Origin: Rhodoferax sp.
Lineage (GTDB): Bacteria > Pseudomonadota > Gammaproteobacteria > Burkholderiales > Burkholderiaceae_C
Direction of reading: 5' to 3'
Assembly: GCA_052390055.1 (NCBI GenBank)
Contig: JBQTHH010000062.1
Location: 310 to 64,309, forward strand
DNA length: 64,000 nucleotides
The position numbers and the translations under genes are program-made. Positions 1 to 9,639 of this stretch are shown one piece after another (positions within the stretch are counted from its first letter, which is position 1; each line of letters starts with the position of its first letter). The notes under the pieces are model-generated. The model did no database searches. It saw only the letters and a list, made by a program, of their open reading frames with translations, and was not told the origin of the DNA.

Positions 1-12
1 GGGAGAGGCGTG

Positions 13-2871
13 TCATGCGCGTGCTTTCTGCGGGTCCTGCGCGGCGGGCGGGATGGGGGCGAAGTAGCCAATGACCAGCATCAGCACGCCCACGCCAATG
101 AAGGTGACGATGCGTTCGGCCCCGCCACGGTTGGAGAGGTCGATCAAGAGCAGCTTGAGCACCGTGAGGGCCAGCAGGGCCGCACCCACGCTCCACAGGC
201 CGCGCTGTTGGCGGCGGTGGGCGCTGAGCATCAGGCCCAGTGCCAGCAGGGTCCACAGCAGGGAGTAGCCGGCCTGCACCAGGAAGGAGTCGTACAGCGC
301 GGGCGCGGTCCAGGCGACGCCGCCGAAATGGTGGGCCATGCGCAGCCAGACGGTGTTGAGCGCAATGAACACCACCGCGGCCCAGGCGGTGGGCCAGGCC
401 TTGTGCAATGCCCAACTGGGGAAGAGCAGGGCGCTGGCGCGTAGGCGCTGCATCCAGTGCGCGCAGGCCAGCAGGCCCAGTGCGACGCTCAGATCGGTGG
501 GGTTGATCAGGGGGATGTAGGGCAGCGGTGCGGCGTTGCCGCTGGAGCGCCAGGCCACGAGCAAGGCGCCGACCAGCACCAGCAGGGCCAGCGGTGCGGC
601 GGCGCGCCAGAGGTAGGCGCTGGCGTGGCCGGCCAGGGGCCAGCGCTGGCGCCAGCGGCCCTGGGGCTGGTAGAGGGCGGGCGCACCCAGCGCCAGCAGC
701 ACGGCCCAGGCGGCACTGAGCAGCACCACCGTCGCCCAGGCGCTGTGCCACAGCTGGGCCTGGTCGACGGCCCAGTACAGCAACTTGCCCGCCAGCAGCA
801 TCAGCAGCCAGGCACCGGCGCTGTGGGTCCAGGACCACCAGGCTTGCGGCGCGCTGGTGTCGATGTGGCGCAGGGTGTGCAGGTGCCACACCAGGGCCAG
901 GGGCCAGACCCACCAGCCACCGGATTCGAAGCCATGGCCCAGCTCGGGCAGCGTCACCAGGGCCACGCCCAGCATCCAGGGCAGGGACAGGGCCGCCGGG
1001 TAGCGCGCTGCAGGCAGGGGCTTGGCCCTGCCGGGCAGCGCCAGGAAGTGCGCAGCCCAGGCGCTGCCCACCCAGGCCAGCAAGACGAGGTGGAGGCTGC
1101 CCGGGACACCCGCAAGGACCGCGCTGGCGCCGATGGCCTCCAGGCGGTCGATCTGCGTCCACAGCGCGCATTGCCACCAGACAAAGCCCAGCAGAAAAAA
1201 GCCCTGGGGAAGCAGGGATTCCAGTGCCAGGAAGGCCTCGTTCCATGCGGTCTTGGGGTCTTGGGGGGCACCGCGCAGGTGCGCCATCCAGGCGATGGCC
1301 AGGGCCGATGCGGCCAGCAGCAGGGCGCTGACAAAGCGCTCGTCGGCCAGCAGCCACCCGGCGTTGGGGGCGTCGAAGCCGGTTTGCAGGTACACCAGCG
1401 CGGCCAGGGCTTGCAGGGCGCAGCCGGTGAAGCGCGCCAGCCAGCGCTGCTGGCGCACGCCGATCCAGTACACGGCCGCGCCCTCGGCGGCCCAGGCGGC
1501 GCTGAGCCAGCGTCCGTCCAGCGCCAGGGGTACGGCCAGGGTGGCAAAGCCCAGCGTCAGGGCGACACAGCATTCGAGCAGCCAGCGGCCGGTGGGGCTG
1601 GGGTAGCGCTTGAGCGTCCAGGTGGCCACCAGCAGGTACCAGGCGGCCAGGCCCAGGGCGGCTGCGGCGCTGGCGTAGGGAATGTCCCACACCATGTGCG
1701 CCAGCAAACCCATGCTGACCACCGGGTTGCCAAACACCAGGGTGGCGTCGACGGCGCGTTGCTGCGGCAGACCGTGGCGCAGGGCATACCACCAGGCCGC
1801 CAGCAGGTACTGGGCAAAGAAGGCGCCCAGGAAGGGCAGGGTGCTGTCCAGGTGTTCGGGCCGGTACTGCAGCACGCCCCAGGCGGTGGCGATGCCGAAG
1901 GTGGCGAAGAAGCCCAGCAGGTTCAGGGGGCGCCAGGCGCGCAGCGCAGCAATGGCGACGATGCCGCAGTTGAGCAGCAGGTAGTAGCTGAACAAGCCCA
2001 CGTGGTCGCCCTGGCCGGTGGAGGCGAGCACGGGCGCGGCAAAGGCGCCCGCAAAGCCGATGAAGGCCATGGTTTGCGCGTTTTGCAGCAGCGCAATGGC
2101 GGTGGACAGGGCGCACACCAGCGCCAGCAGGCCAAATGCGGCACCGGCTGGCAGCAGGTGGTACAGGCGCAGCGCGGCAAAAATGGTGAGGTAGAGCACG
2201 CCCACCCCGGCACCTTGCAGGCTCAGGGAAAACGTGCCCTGCCCAGGGGTATTGCGCTTGCGCCAGCCCAGCGCGAACAGCACCAGGGCGGCCAGGCCGA
2301 TGCCGGCCAGGCGCAGCTCGGGCGGCAGCAGCGCGTGGTCAATGGAGTATTTGGCCAGGAACGCCAGGCCTGCAAACAGCATCAGCAGGCCCAGGCGCAG
2401 CACGGTGTTGCCACCCATCAGCCACTGCAGGGCCTGGCTACCCCACTGCGTCACGGGGTCGGGAGCGGGTGCTTTGCGGGGGGGTGATGCCGGGCGTGCC
2501 GCGGTGGGCGTGGGGGCCGTGCTGCGGGCCGGGGCGGCGGTGCTGGCAGCCGCGACAGCGGGGGCAGGCTGCTCGGCTGGCACCGTGGCGCCAGGCGGGG
2601 CGAAGGGCGCCGAGGGGTCCGGGGCGGCGGGGGGCGCTGTCGGCAGCGCTGGCCGTGCGGGTGGGGCGCTGGGGCGGGCGGCATGCGTGGCGTCGTCCGG
2701 GGTGGGCGGCGTCCAGCCGCGTTGCTGCAACTCCTGGCGTACCAGCGCCTGGATCTGGGTCTTCAGCAAGTGGCCGAAGACGAACCCCAGAATGGCGCCC
2801 CAGAACATGCCGAACACGCCTTCGGCGGCGGCGCCAATGAGAAACCCCGCTATGACCGTCAGCCAAACCAT
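13..2871 (-). CDS. DUF2339-type large integral membrane protein
   Basis: 952-aa ORF: N-terminal TM hairpin, Pro/Ala-rich linker, then WLMGGNTVLRLGLLMLFAGLAFLAKY and many TM helices, ending ERIVTFIGVGVLMLVIGYFAP, typical of the family. Confidence 0.8.
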   Translation of the reverse strand: MVWLTVIAGFLIGAAAEGVFGMFWGAILGFVFGHLLKTQIQALVRQELQQRGWTPPTPDDATHAARPSAPPARPALPTAPPAAPDPSAPFAPPGATVPAEQPAPAVAAASTAAPARSTAPTPTAARPASPPRKAPAPDPVTQWGSQALQWLMGGNTVLRLGLLMLFAGLAFLAKYSIDHALLPPELRLAGIGLAALVLFALGWRKRNTPGQGTFSLSLQGAGVGVLYLTIFAALRLYHLLPAGAAFGLLALVCALSTAIALLQNAQTMAFIGFAGAFAAPVLASTGQGDHVGLFSYYLLLNCGIVAIAALRAWRPLNLLGFFATFGIATAWGVLQYRPEHLDSTLPFLGAFFAQYLLAAWWYALRHGLPQQRAVDATLVFGNPVVSMGLLAHMVWDIPYASAAAALGLAAWYLLVATWTLKRYPSPTGRWLLECCVALTLGFATLAVPLALDGRWLSAAWAAEGAAVYWIGVRQQRWLARFTGCALQALAALVYLQTGFDAPNAGWLLADERFVSALLLAASALAIAWMAHLRGAPQDPKTAWNEAFLALESLLPQGFFLLGFVWWQCALWTQIDRLEAIGASAVLAGVPGSLHLVLLAWVGSAWAAHFLALPGRAKPLPAARYPAALSLPWMLGVALVTLPELGHGFESGGWWVWPLALVWHLHTLRHIDTSAPQAWWSWTHSAGAWLLMLLAGKLLYWAVDQAQLWHSAWATVVLLSAAWAVLLALGAPALYQPQGRWRQRWPLAGHASAYLWRAAAPLALLVLVGALLVAWRSSGNAAPLPYIPLINPTDLSVALGLLACAHWMQRLRASALLFPSWALHKAWPTAWAAVVFIALNTVWLRMAHHFGGVAWTAPALYDSFLVQAGYSLLWTLLALGLMLSAHRRQQRGLWSVGAALLALTVLKLLLIDLSNRGGAERIVTFIGVGVLMLVIGYFAPIPPAAQDPQKARA

Positions 2872-2951
2872 GTGCTGCCTCTCCTTGTCTGTCTTGTATC
2901 GGTATGGGTTGCGTCCACCGGGGTGGCGCCGCGCCAGTGTAGCAATCTGGC

Positions 2952-3000
2952 TGCTATAAAATGTATAGCTGCTTAATCAATATTCATGCGGGCCAATGGC
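2952..3000 (+). repeat. Dispersed 49-nt AT-rich palindromic element, copy A (intergenic)
   Basis: TGCTAT AAAATGT ATAGC TGCTTAATCAATATT CATGCGGGCCAATGGC; aligns without gaps to four other copies. Confidence 0.75.
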
Positions 3001-3034
3001 TGGAAAGCACCTTCTTTCGGGGCGCCGGGCACGC

Positions 3035-3577
3035 TCAACGGGCGCTTCGGGGTTTGGGGGGGGTGCTTGCCGCTCTGGGCGCTTCGTCTTTCGGCGCAGG
3101 CGCCGCAGGGGCGTCCAGCATCTCCAGCATTGCGACGACCTTGTCGCGGGTGAGGGGTTTTTCAAAGCTGCCGCGCACGTGCAGGCCTTGCAGGTGGGCG
3201 AGCTTTTCCGCCAGGTGCAGCACTGGGCCGTCGTAATGCACCAGGCGCCAGTTGGGGTCCTTGGGCGGTGTCAGGTTGTGGCCCGACACGATCACGATGT
3301 TGGACTGGCAGCGTTCCCGGGCCAGTTGCTGCAGAAGCTCCATGCCATCGAGCTGGGGCATGCACAGGTCCACCACGATCAGATCGGGGGGCACGGCGCT
3401 ACGGCGGTAGGTCTCCAGGCCTTCCTGGCCCGAGCGGGCTGTCTGCACCGAGGTGATGCCGAGGTGGGCCAAGGATTTCGCCAGCAATTCCAACTGGAAC
3501 GCATCGTCGTCCACCAGCAGTATCCGGGGGGGCTTGGTCAGCCCTGCATGACTCACGGGGTGTTCCATGGGTGTCAC
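3035..3577 (-). CDS. Single-domain response regulator (receiver domain)
   Basis: ILLVDDD, DLIVVDLCMPQLDG (phospho-Asp), VSG, EKP motifs; no output domain. Confidence 0.9.
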   Translation of the reverse strand: MTPMEHPVSHAGLTKPPRILLVDDDAFQLELLAKSLAHLGITSVQTARSGQEGLETYRRSAVPPDLIVVDLCMPQLDGMELLQQLARERCQSNIVIVSGHNLTPPKDPNWRLVHYDGPVLHLAEKLAHLQGLHVRGSFEKPLTRDKVVAMLEMLDAPAAPAPKDEAPRAASTPPKPRSAR

Positions 3578-3642
3578 CTCTCATATCGGAGTGCGCGCGA
3601 GTATAGGTGTGCACAGGCCGTGCCATTGGTCTGAGGGAGTTC

Positions 3643-5025
3643 TTACACCTGCAAGTGCCGGATCGTGTCCTGCACTTGGCGGGGTACGTCGAAGAACTCC
3701 AGACCGGCCTTGTAATGACCGGCATCGGTCTGTTCGCAGTAGGCGATTCGCGCCGACACCGCCGCGGGGTGGGCGGGGTCGTGGCCGGGAAAGGCGAATT
3801 CCAGGTGGACTTGGTCGCCTTTGGACAAGCGCTGGTCGAGTGTGATGCCGGCGCCGGTCTGGGAGATGTCGATCACCTGCACGGGCAGGGTGCCGCGCTG
3901 CGCCCGGCTCAGCCGGCCGGGCACCACCAGCGGCATGCGTTGCGTGGCGCGCTGTTCCAACTGGAAGGTGCCGATCGCCTTGGTGAGGTAGTTGGCCCGC
4001 TTTTGCAGGGAGGCGGCGGCGCTGGCGGTGCGATCGACCAGGCCGCGGTTTCTCTGCGTGGCCTCGTCGATGTGCCCGATGGCGAGGTTGATGGACTCGA
4101 TCTGTGCCCTTTGGGTCTGGCTGGCGGCGGCGATTTCGCCCAGGATGTGGTTGACGTTTTTGACGCTGGTGACGATCTCCTGCATCGTCACGCCGGCCTG
4201 GTTCACCAGCACGGAGCCGGCGCCGACCTTCTCCACCGAGTTCTCTATCAGTGCCTTGATCTCCTTGGCCGAGCGTGCCGAGCGTTGCGCCAGGTGGCGC
4301 ACTTCGGTAGCCACCACGGCAAAGCCTTTGCCCTGTGTGCCGGCACGGGCGGCTTCCACGGCGGCATTGAGCGCGAGCAGGTTGGTCTGGAAGGCGATGG
4401 TGTCGATCACGCCGACGATGTCGGCAATGGTGCGCGAGGAAGCATCGATGGCGGCCATGGTGCTGACCACCTGCTCCATGGCGGCGCCGCCCTTGAGCGC
4501 GATCTGTGAAGCGGACTCGGCCAACTGGTTGGCCGTGGATGCGTTGTCGGCGTTCTGGGTCACCGCGCCGGTAATGCTGCGCATGGCGCCGACGGTTTCC
4601 TCCAGCGAGCTGACCTGGTCGCCGGTGCGCACCTTGAGTTCGTGGTTGTCGTGGGCGATGGCCTGTGATTCAGCGGATATGGTGTGGGCGGTCTGTTGCA
4701 CCAGGTCGATGGTGCGGTGCAGGTGCTGCACCATGGCGCCCAGGGCGCGCACCAGTTCACCCAGTTCGTCCGAGCGCCCGGATTGCAACTGCACATCGAG
4801 CTTGCCGGCGGTGACGTCGCGCGAGGCCTGGGCGCAGGCGGCCAGAGCGCTCCCAAGCCCGCGTGCTGTGGCCCAGGCCCACCATACGCATGCAGCCCCG
4901 GTGGCCAGGGTCAGGGCAAAAAGCCAGTGCAGGGGACCAGAGCGGGCGTCGTGCACACCCCAGACAAGCACATGCATCAGCCACAGCAGCAATGGCACCA
5001 GCCACAGTTTGGTTTGCAGTTTCAT
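3643..5025 (-). CDS. Methyl-accepting chemotaxis protein with C-terminal PilZ domain
   Basis: Two TM helices, HAMP ([12 protein letters not shown]), MA core [37 protein letters not shown], then RATQR and DISQTG PilZ motifs; start taken at MKLQTK (ATG 5025). Confidence 0.88.
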   Translation of the reverse strand: MKLQTKLWLVPLLLWLMHVLVWGVHDARSGPLHWLFALTLATGAACVWWAWATARGLGSALAACAQASRDVTAGKLDVQLQSGRSDELGELVRALGAMVQHLHRTIDLVQQTAHTISAESQAIAHDNHELKVRTGDQVSSLEETVGAMRSITGAVTQNADNASTANQLAESASQIALKGGAAMEQVVSTMAAIDASSRTIADIVGVIDTIAFQTNLLALNAAVEAARAGTQGKGFAVVATEVRHLAQRSARSAKEIKALIENSVEKVGAGSVLVNQAGVTMQEIVTSVKNVNHILGEIAAASQTQRAQIESINLAIGHIDEATQRNRGLVDRTASAAASLQKRANYLTKAIGTFQLEQRATQRMPLVVPGRLSRAQRGTLPVQVIDISQTGAGITLDQRLSKGDQVHLEFAFPGHDPAHPAAVSARIAYCEQTDAGHYKAGLEFFDVPRQVQDTIRHLQV

Positions 5026-5194
5026 GGGCACCAGAGCGTCGTTGCGAACTTTCCAGATCTGCTTCCACCCCACCACAGTATTGGCTGCGGTCTGCCCGCC
5101 CCAGGCCGCCGCGGGCGCGGCGTGCTGGCGGATACCCGAGCGCAGTGGGCCAAGTATTGCACAGGCGACCCCGTTCCCACCAGTACCCCGGTGC

Positions 5195-6199
5195 TCAGGA
5201 GCATGCGTGTGCGATCGCGGCCAGGGATGACAGAGACAGCAGTTGGCGCTGGCTGGCGTAGTGGCGGGTCTGGCCGGTATGGGGGTCGGTGAATGCCACG
5301 GCCTGGGCCAGCAATTGCAGTGGCCGCGCAGGGGTTCCGTGCCCAGGGGGGGTGAGCACCGGGTAGATGCCGTCAAAGGCGATGGGCAGGCCCAGGGCGT
5401 TCATGTGTACGCGCAATTGGTGGCGCTGCCCCGTCAGCGGCTCCAGGCGGTAGCGGGCCCAGCCGTGGGGCGGTGCCTGCGGGTGGGTGTGGCGGAGGGC
5501 GTGTGGCGGCGGGGCCGGGTCCAGGTGTTCGATGGGGGTGATGGTGGTGACCGCGTTCACTTCCCCGGGCACTTCGGTCTGCTGCATGAAGTGCGCCCCT
5601 TCGCCCAGGCGGCTGGCGCGGCGCAGCGGCCAGGGCAGGTCGGGGGCCCAGGGGGCGATGCACTCGTAGGTCTTGTGGATGGCGTGGTCGCGAAAGAGGC
5701 GCTGGTAGGCGTTGCGCTCGGCGGGGTTGACGCTGAGCAGCACCAGCCCGGCGGTATCGCGGTCGATGCGGTGCAGGGGCGACAGGGTGGGCAGACCCAG
5801 CCGCGCGCGCAGGCGTGCCAACAGGGTCTGGCGCACATGGCTGCCGCTGGGCGTGACGGGCATGCCATGGGGTTTATCGGCGACCACCAGGTGCTCGTCC
5901 TGGAACAGCACGGTCTCACTCTCGTGCGGTTCGGACTCGGGCGCGGCCTCGCGGTAGTAGTACAGGCGCTGGTGCGGAGCAAAGGCGGCGTCGGGCTCCA
6001 AGGCGTGGCCCTGCGCGTCGAGCACCGCGCCCATGCGCAGGCGCTGCAGCCAGGTGGTGCGGTCGATGTGGACAAAGCGCTCGGCCAGAAAGTCCAACAC
6101 CGTGGCCCAGGGGCCGGGCACGGTGCTCACGCTGCTGGGGGCAACGCCGTCGCGCGCCGGGGGGCGTTGCAGCGCCATGCGGGGGTGGATGCGGGCCAT
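5195..6199 (-). CDS. RluA-family pseudouridine synthase
   Basis: [21 protein letters not shown] (catalytic Asp), [10 protein letters not shown]; start uncertain (6199 or 6178). Confidence 0.9.
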   Translation of the reverse strand: MARIHPRMALQRPPARDGVAPSSVSTVPGPWATVLDFLAERFVHIDRTTWLQRLRMGAVLDAQGHALEPDAAFAPHQRLYYYREAAPESEPHESETVLFQDEHLVVADKPHGMPVTPSGSHVRQTLLARLRARLGLPTLSPLHRIDRDTAGLVLLSVNPAERNAYQRLFRDHAIHKTYECIAPWAPDLPWPLRRASRLGEGAHFMQQTEVPGEVNAVTTITPIEHLDPAPPPHALRHTHPQAPPHGWARYRLEPLTGQRHQLRVHMNALGLPIAFDGIYPVLTPPGHGTPARPLQLLAQAVAFTDPHTGQTRHYASQRQLLSLSSLAAIAHACS

Positions 6200-6237
6200 G
6201 GCGGGGACAGCCTGGGGCGTGGGCGCAGCGCCTGGGT

Positions 6238-7044
6238 TCAGACGCGCTCGAACACCAGGTCCCACACCCCGTGGCCCAGGCGCAGGCCGCGCTTTTCGAA
6301 TTTGGTCAGCGGGCGGTAGTGGGGCTTGGGGGCGTAGCCGTTGAGGTCCGGGTGGCTGGCCAGAGCACGGTTCTTGAGCAGGGCTTCGGCACCAAGCACT
6401 TCCAGCATCTGCTGGGCGTAGGGCTCCCAGTCGGTGGCGCAGTGGATGTACCCGCCCACCTTGAGCCGCGCGGCCAGCTTGGCCACCAGCGGCGGCTGGA
6501 TCAGGCGGCGCTTGTGGTGGCGGGTCTTGTGCCAGGGGTCGGGGAAGAAGATGTGCACGCCGTCCAGGCTCTGTTCGGGCAGCATGTGGTCGATCACCTC
6601 CACCGCGTCGTGGGCACAGATGCGGATGTTGCTCAGGCCCTGTTCGCCAATGCGCTTGAGCAGCGCGCCCACGCCGGGCTCGTGCACCTCGCAGCACAGG
6701 AAGTCGGTCCCGGGCAGCACGCCGGCGATGTGCGCAGTGGCTTCGCCCATGCCGAAGCCGATCTCCAGCACGCGCGCTGGAGGCGCCGTTGTTTGTAAGC
6801 CTTTTTCGGCCCTGGCCCGCGTGGAATATGCGAATGCTGCTTCGAAATCAATAGCATCCTGTTGGTAGGGCAGGAGGAACTGCGGCCCCCAGAGTTCGAA
6901 CGCGCGGGACTGCCCGGTGGTGGTGCGTCCGGCGCGCTTGACAAAGCTTTTGACGGTGCGCAGGAAGGGCGTCTGCTGCACCTGGAGCGGGTCTTGTGCT
7001 GGGGCCGCCAGAGGGGCGGGGGAGCTGTGTTGGGGGTCTGTCAT
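6238..7044 (-). CDS. trmB: tRNA (guanine-N7)-methyltransferase
   Basis: [45 protein letters not shown] motifs. Confidence 0.96.
   Translation of the reverse strand: MTDPQHSSPAPLAAPAQDPLQVQQTPFLRTVKSFVKRAGRTTTGQSRAFELWGPQFLLPYQQDAIDFEAAFAYSTRARAEKGLQTTAPPARVLEIGFGMGEATAHIAGVLPGTDFLCCEVHEPGVGALLKRIGEQGLSNIRICAHDAVEVIDHMLPEQSLDGVHIFFPDPWHKTRHHKRRLIQPPLVAKLAARLKVGGYIHCATDWEPYAQQMLEVLGAEALLKNRALASHPDLNGYAPKPHYRPLTKFEKRGLRLGHGVWDLVFERV
6808..6856 (-). repeat. Dispersed 49-nt element, copy B, inside trmB coding sequence
   Basis: Minus strand TGCTAT TGATTTC GAAGC AGCATTCGCATATTC CACGCGGGCCAGGGCC; encodes [16 protein letters not shown]. Confidence 0.75.
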
Positions 7045-7100
7045 GGTGTTACATTGTCCGGTCGGCAAAGCCCTGGCAAGGGATGCGTGGAGTGCGGGCT

Positions 7101-7841
7101 ATGAAAATTTTTCGTTGGATGGCGGCTGCGGTGCTGGCGGTGTGTGCCTGGCCCGCATCGGCCTTGGTCGTTGGCTTGTATGAATTGTCGCCGCACATGG
7201 CGGTGGAAGGGCAGCAGGAGCCCGGCGGCGTGGTGGTCGAATACCTGCGCGAGGTGCTGGCCAAAGCACCCGAGCTGGGGCCCGTGGAGTGGCGGGTGGC
7301 GAATTTTGCCCGCACCCTGCGCGAGCTGGAAGCCGGGCAGATCGACCTGGTGTTCATGGTGGCCAAGAACGAGCAGCGCAGCAAGCTGTTCCGCTACAGC
7401 AGCGTTCCGGTGTTTGAGACCCGCTCTGCCGTGCTCACCCTGCGCAATGCGCACTGGGCCAGCCTGAGCAGCCTGGAGCAACTGCGCGGCATGCGTATCG
7501 GACATGCGCATGCGTCCATCATTCCGGAGTATTTCAATGGATTGGGGGTGGAGTTCCAGTCCATCACGGGGGACGACTATTTTGTGCGCGGCTTGCGCAT
7601 GGTGGAGCTGGGGCGCCACGACGCCTACTTCGCCCCCACCTTGTCCAATGCCCAGTACCAGCTCAAGCGACTGGGTTTGTCGGAGGTATTCACAGTGCAC
7701 GCCATGCCAGTGGAGCCTTTGGCGCTGTACGTGGTGTTCAGCAAGCAGCTCGATGAGCGCTTGTTTGCGCGGTTGGACGGACTCATCGTGAGCAATCTGT
7801 CGCGTTACCGGGTGTTGCTGGCCAGTTATCCCGCGCGTTGA
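7101..7841 (+). CDS. Periplasmic substrate-binding protein (family 3-like), orphan
   Basis: Signal peptide MKIFRWMAAAVLAVCAWPASA; NFARTLRELEAGQIDLVF and ERSKLFRYS motifs. Confidence 0.75.
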   Translation: MKIFRWMAAAVLAVCAWPASALVVGLYELSPHMAVEGQQEPGGVVVEYLREVLAKAPELGPVEWRVANFARTLRELEAGQIDLVFMVAKNEQRSKLFRYSSVPVFETRSAVLTLRNAHWASLSSLEQLRGMRIGHAHASIIPEYFNGLGVEFQSITGDDYFVRGLRMVELGRHDAYFAPTLSNAQYQLKRLGLSEVFTVHAMPVEPLALYVVFSKQLDERLFARLDGLIVSNLSRYRVLLASYPAR

Positions 7842-7947
7842 AATGGTCTCTTGCGGGCCGCGCGGACCTTGAATCCGTGCGCTCTGGCGCCATGTGCCCT
7901 GCTGGGCACAATGGCGCAGCCCCGGCCATGGACAGGGTCTGGCAAGG

Positions 7948-8841
7948 ATGGAATACATGGAATTGGTGTGGATCGTTGGCCTGGGCGCTCTCGTCGCAGC
8001 GGGCTTGGCCTGGGCACCGGCCTGGACGCGCAGGCGGCGCCAGCGCATTGCGGCGCGGCCTTTCCCGGCCCTGTGGGATGCCTGGTTGGCGCAGTACGTG
8101 CCCCTACTGGCGCGCTTGGATGCGGCACAGCAGCGCGCGTTACGCCAGCGCATCCAGGTGTTCGTGGCCGAGGTGCCCTTCATCGGCTGCCGTGGCCTGG
8201 AAGTCAGTGATGCCATGCGCGTGGTGGTGGCGGCGCAGGCCTGCCTGCTGCTGCTGGGGCGTCCGGGAGCCTGGTTTGTCGGACTGCGACAGGTGCTGCT
8301 GTACCCCGGGCCGTTTCGCGTGCAGCGCAAGGGGGTGGACGAGGCGGGTGTGCACTGGGACCAGGAGCAGGAGTTGGCGGGTGAATCCTGGAGCGAGGGG
8401 CAGGTGGTATTGAGCTGGCCCGATTGCCTGCACAGCGCCGCCGACCCGCACGACGGCTACAACGTGGTGGTGCACGAGTTCGCCCACCAGCTCGACCAGG
8501 AAAAAGGCCCCGCCAACGGCGCCCCGGTGGCGGTGCTGGGGCACAAGCGCTGGGCTCAGGTGTGGCAGCAGCACTACCAGGCGCTGCGCGAGCAGTCGCA
8601 GCTGCTGGCACGCGGGTTTGCCGAGGTCGCGCCGCAGGACCACCTGCCGCTGCTCGACCCCTATGCCACCCAGGACCCGGGAGAGTTCTTTGCCGTGGCC
8701 TGCGAGGTGTTCATGGAGCGGGGGGGCGATTTGCAGCGCATCTACCCGGCGCTGTATGCGCAGTTGGCGGCCTACCTGGGGCTCGACACCGTGCCTTGGT
8801 CACGGCCCGAGCCTGCGCATGCAACCGCGCTTGCGCCGTAG
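7948..8841 (+). CDS. Zinc-dependent peptidase, M90/MtfA family
   Basis: NVVVHEFAHQLD (HEXXH), PYATQDPGEFFAV, N-terminal TM. Confidence 0.9.
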   Translation: MEYMELVWIVGLGALVAAGLAWAPAWTRRRRQRIAARPFPALWDAWLAQYVPLLARLDAAQQRALRQRIQVFVAEVPFIGCRGLEVSDAMRVVVAAQACLLLLGRPGAWFVGLRQVLLYPGPFRVQRKGVDEAGVHWDQEQELAGESWSEGQVVLSWPDCLHSAADPHDGYNVVVHEFAHQLDQEKGPANGAPVAVLGHKRWAQVWQQHYQALREQSQLLARGFAEVAPQDHLPLLDPYATQDPGEFFAVACEVFMERGGDLQRIYPALYAQLAAYLGLDTVPWSRPEPAHATALAP

Positions 8842-8958
8842 GCCGGTGCGGCGTGGAGGCATGTCGGCGGCACAGAGACCGCAAGCGTCGCTGTTGCTTT
8901 GCCTTGGCCAGTACGGCTGTACTGTCTGCGGCTTTGCACGAATGATGTGGAAATGGAA

Positions 8959-9372
8959 TTACAGCAGGGCGGCGGGCTGGATCGACAGGTGCTGCGCCAG
9001 TGCCACGTCCTGCTGCTGGATGTGCTGAATCACCCAGCGCGTGAGGCGGTTGTACAGCTCCATGGTGTCCACCGTCTCGCCGCGGCGCAATTGGTCCAGC
9101 ACGGCATCCATCTCCTGCAGCAACTCGGCATGCTCCTGGCCGTGTTCCTGCGCCTTGCCATAGCCCGCTTCGCGCATCGCGCGCTCCTCCTCCATGAAGT
9201 GCGCGCGCGTGCACAGGCCCAGGGATTGCAGCGCCGCTTCCAGCGTGGGGGCATCGGCGCGCTCGGCGATGCATTCCAGGACATTGTTCACCCGCTCGAT
9301 CAGCACGTGGTGTTCGTCGTCGATGCGGGGGTGGCCGGTGGCCAGGGCGGTAGTCCAAACAAAGAGGGCCAT
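8959..9372 (-). CDS. Bacteriohemerythrin (single domain)
   Basis: MALFVWTTALATGHPRIDDEH...HFMEEE...HGQEH...HIQQQD, the full di-iron ligand set; it is the C-terminal end of the long antisense ORF in the track. Confidence 0.85.
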   Translation of the reverse strand: MALFVWTTALATGHPRIDDEHHVLIERVNNVLECIAERADAPTLEAALQSLGLCTRAHFMEEERAMREAGYGKAQEHGQEHAELLQEMDAVLDQLRRGETVDTMELYNRLTRWVIQHIQQQDVALAQHLSIQPAALL

Positions 9373-9639
9373 GGTCGTCTCGTGCCGTAGAAGTACGTGC
9401 CGATTATCCCGGACCCAGCCGGGCTCGGCCAGGGGGGGCACGTCGGGTGGCAGCCCTAATGCAGCGCAAAAAATACTGATGCGTCGGCGCCAGGGTGGTT
9501 TTCCGTGTAGGCCTGGTCGGGTCCAGGCGGGCCGCTTGTCCTGGCTTGCGCGGGCGTTGGGCGCATCCAGAGGGCGCGCAAGCCGGTGTGCGCAGCGATA
9601 ATAGAGGGTTCTTTCAATCCGTACCCACGAGCCCCGCCC

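Noticed and set aside
5026-5194. c-di-GMP riboswitch upstream of the MCP-PilZ gene
   Set aside because: No recognisable GEMM or c-di-GMP-II consensus on the coding strand.
9543-9584. GC-rich inverted repeats (GGCTTGCGCG/CGCGCAAGCC; also 15218-15240)
   Set aside because: Single unrelated hairpins without U tails or further copies; such repeats are expected by chance at this GC content.
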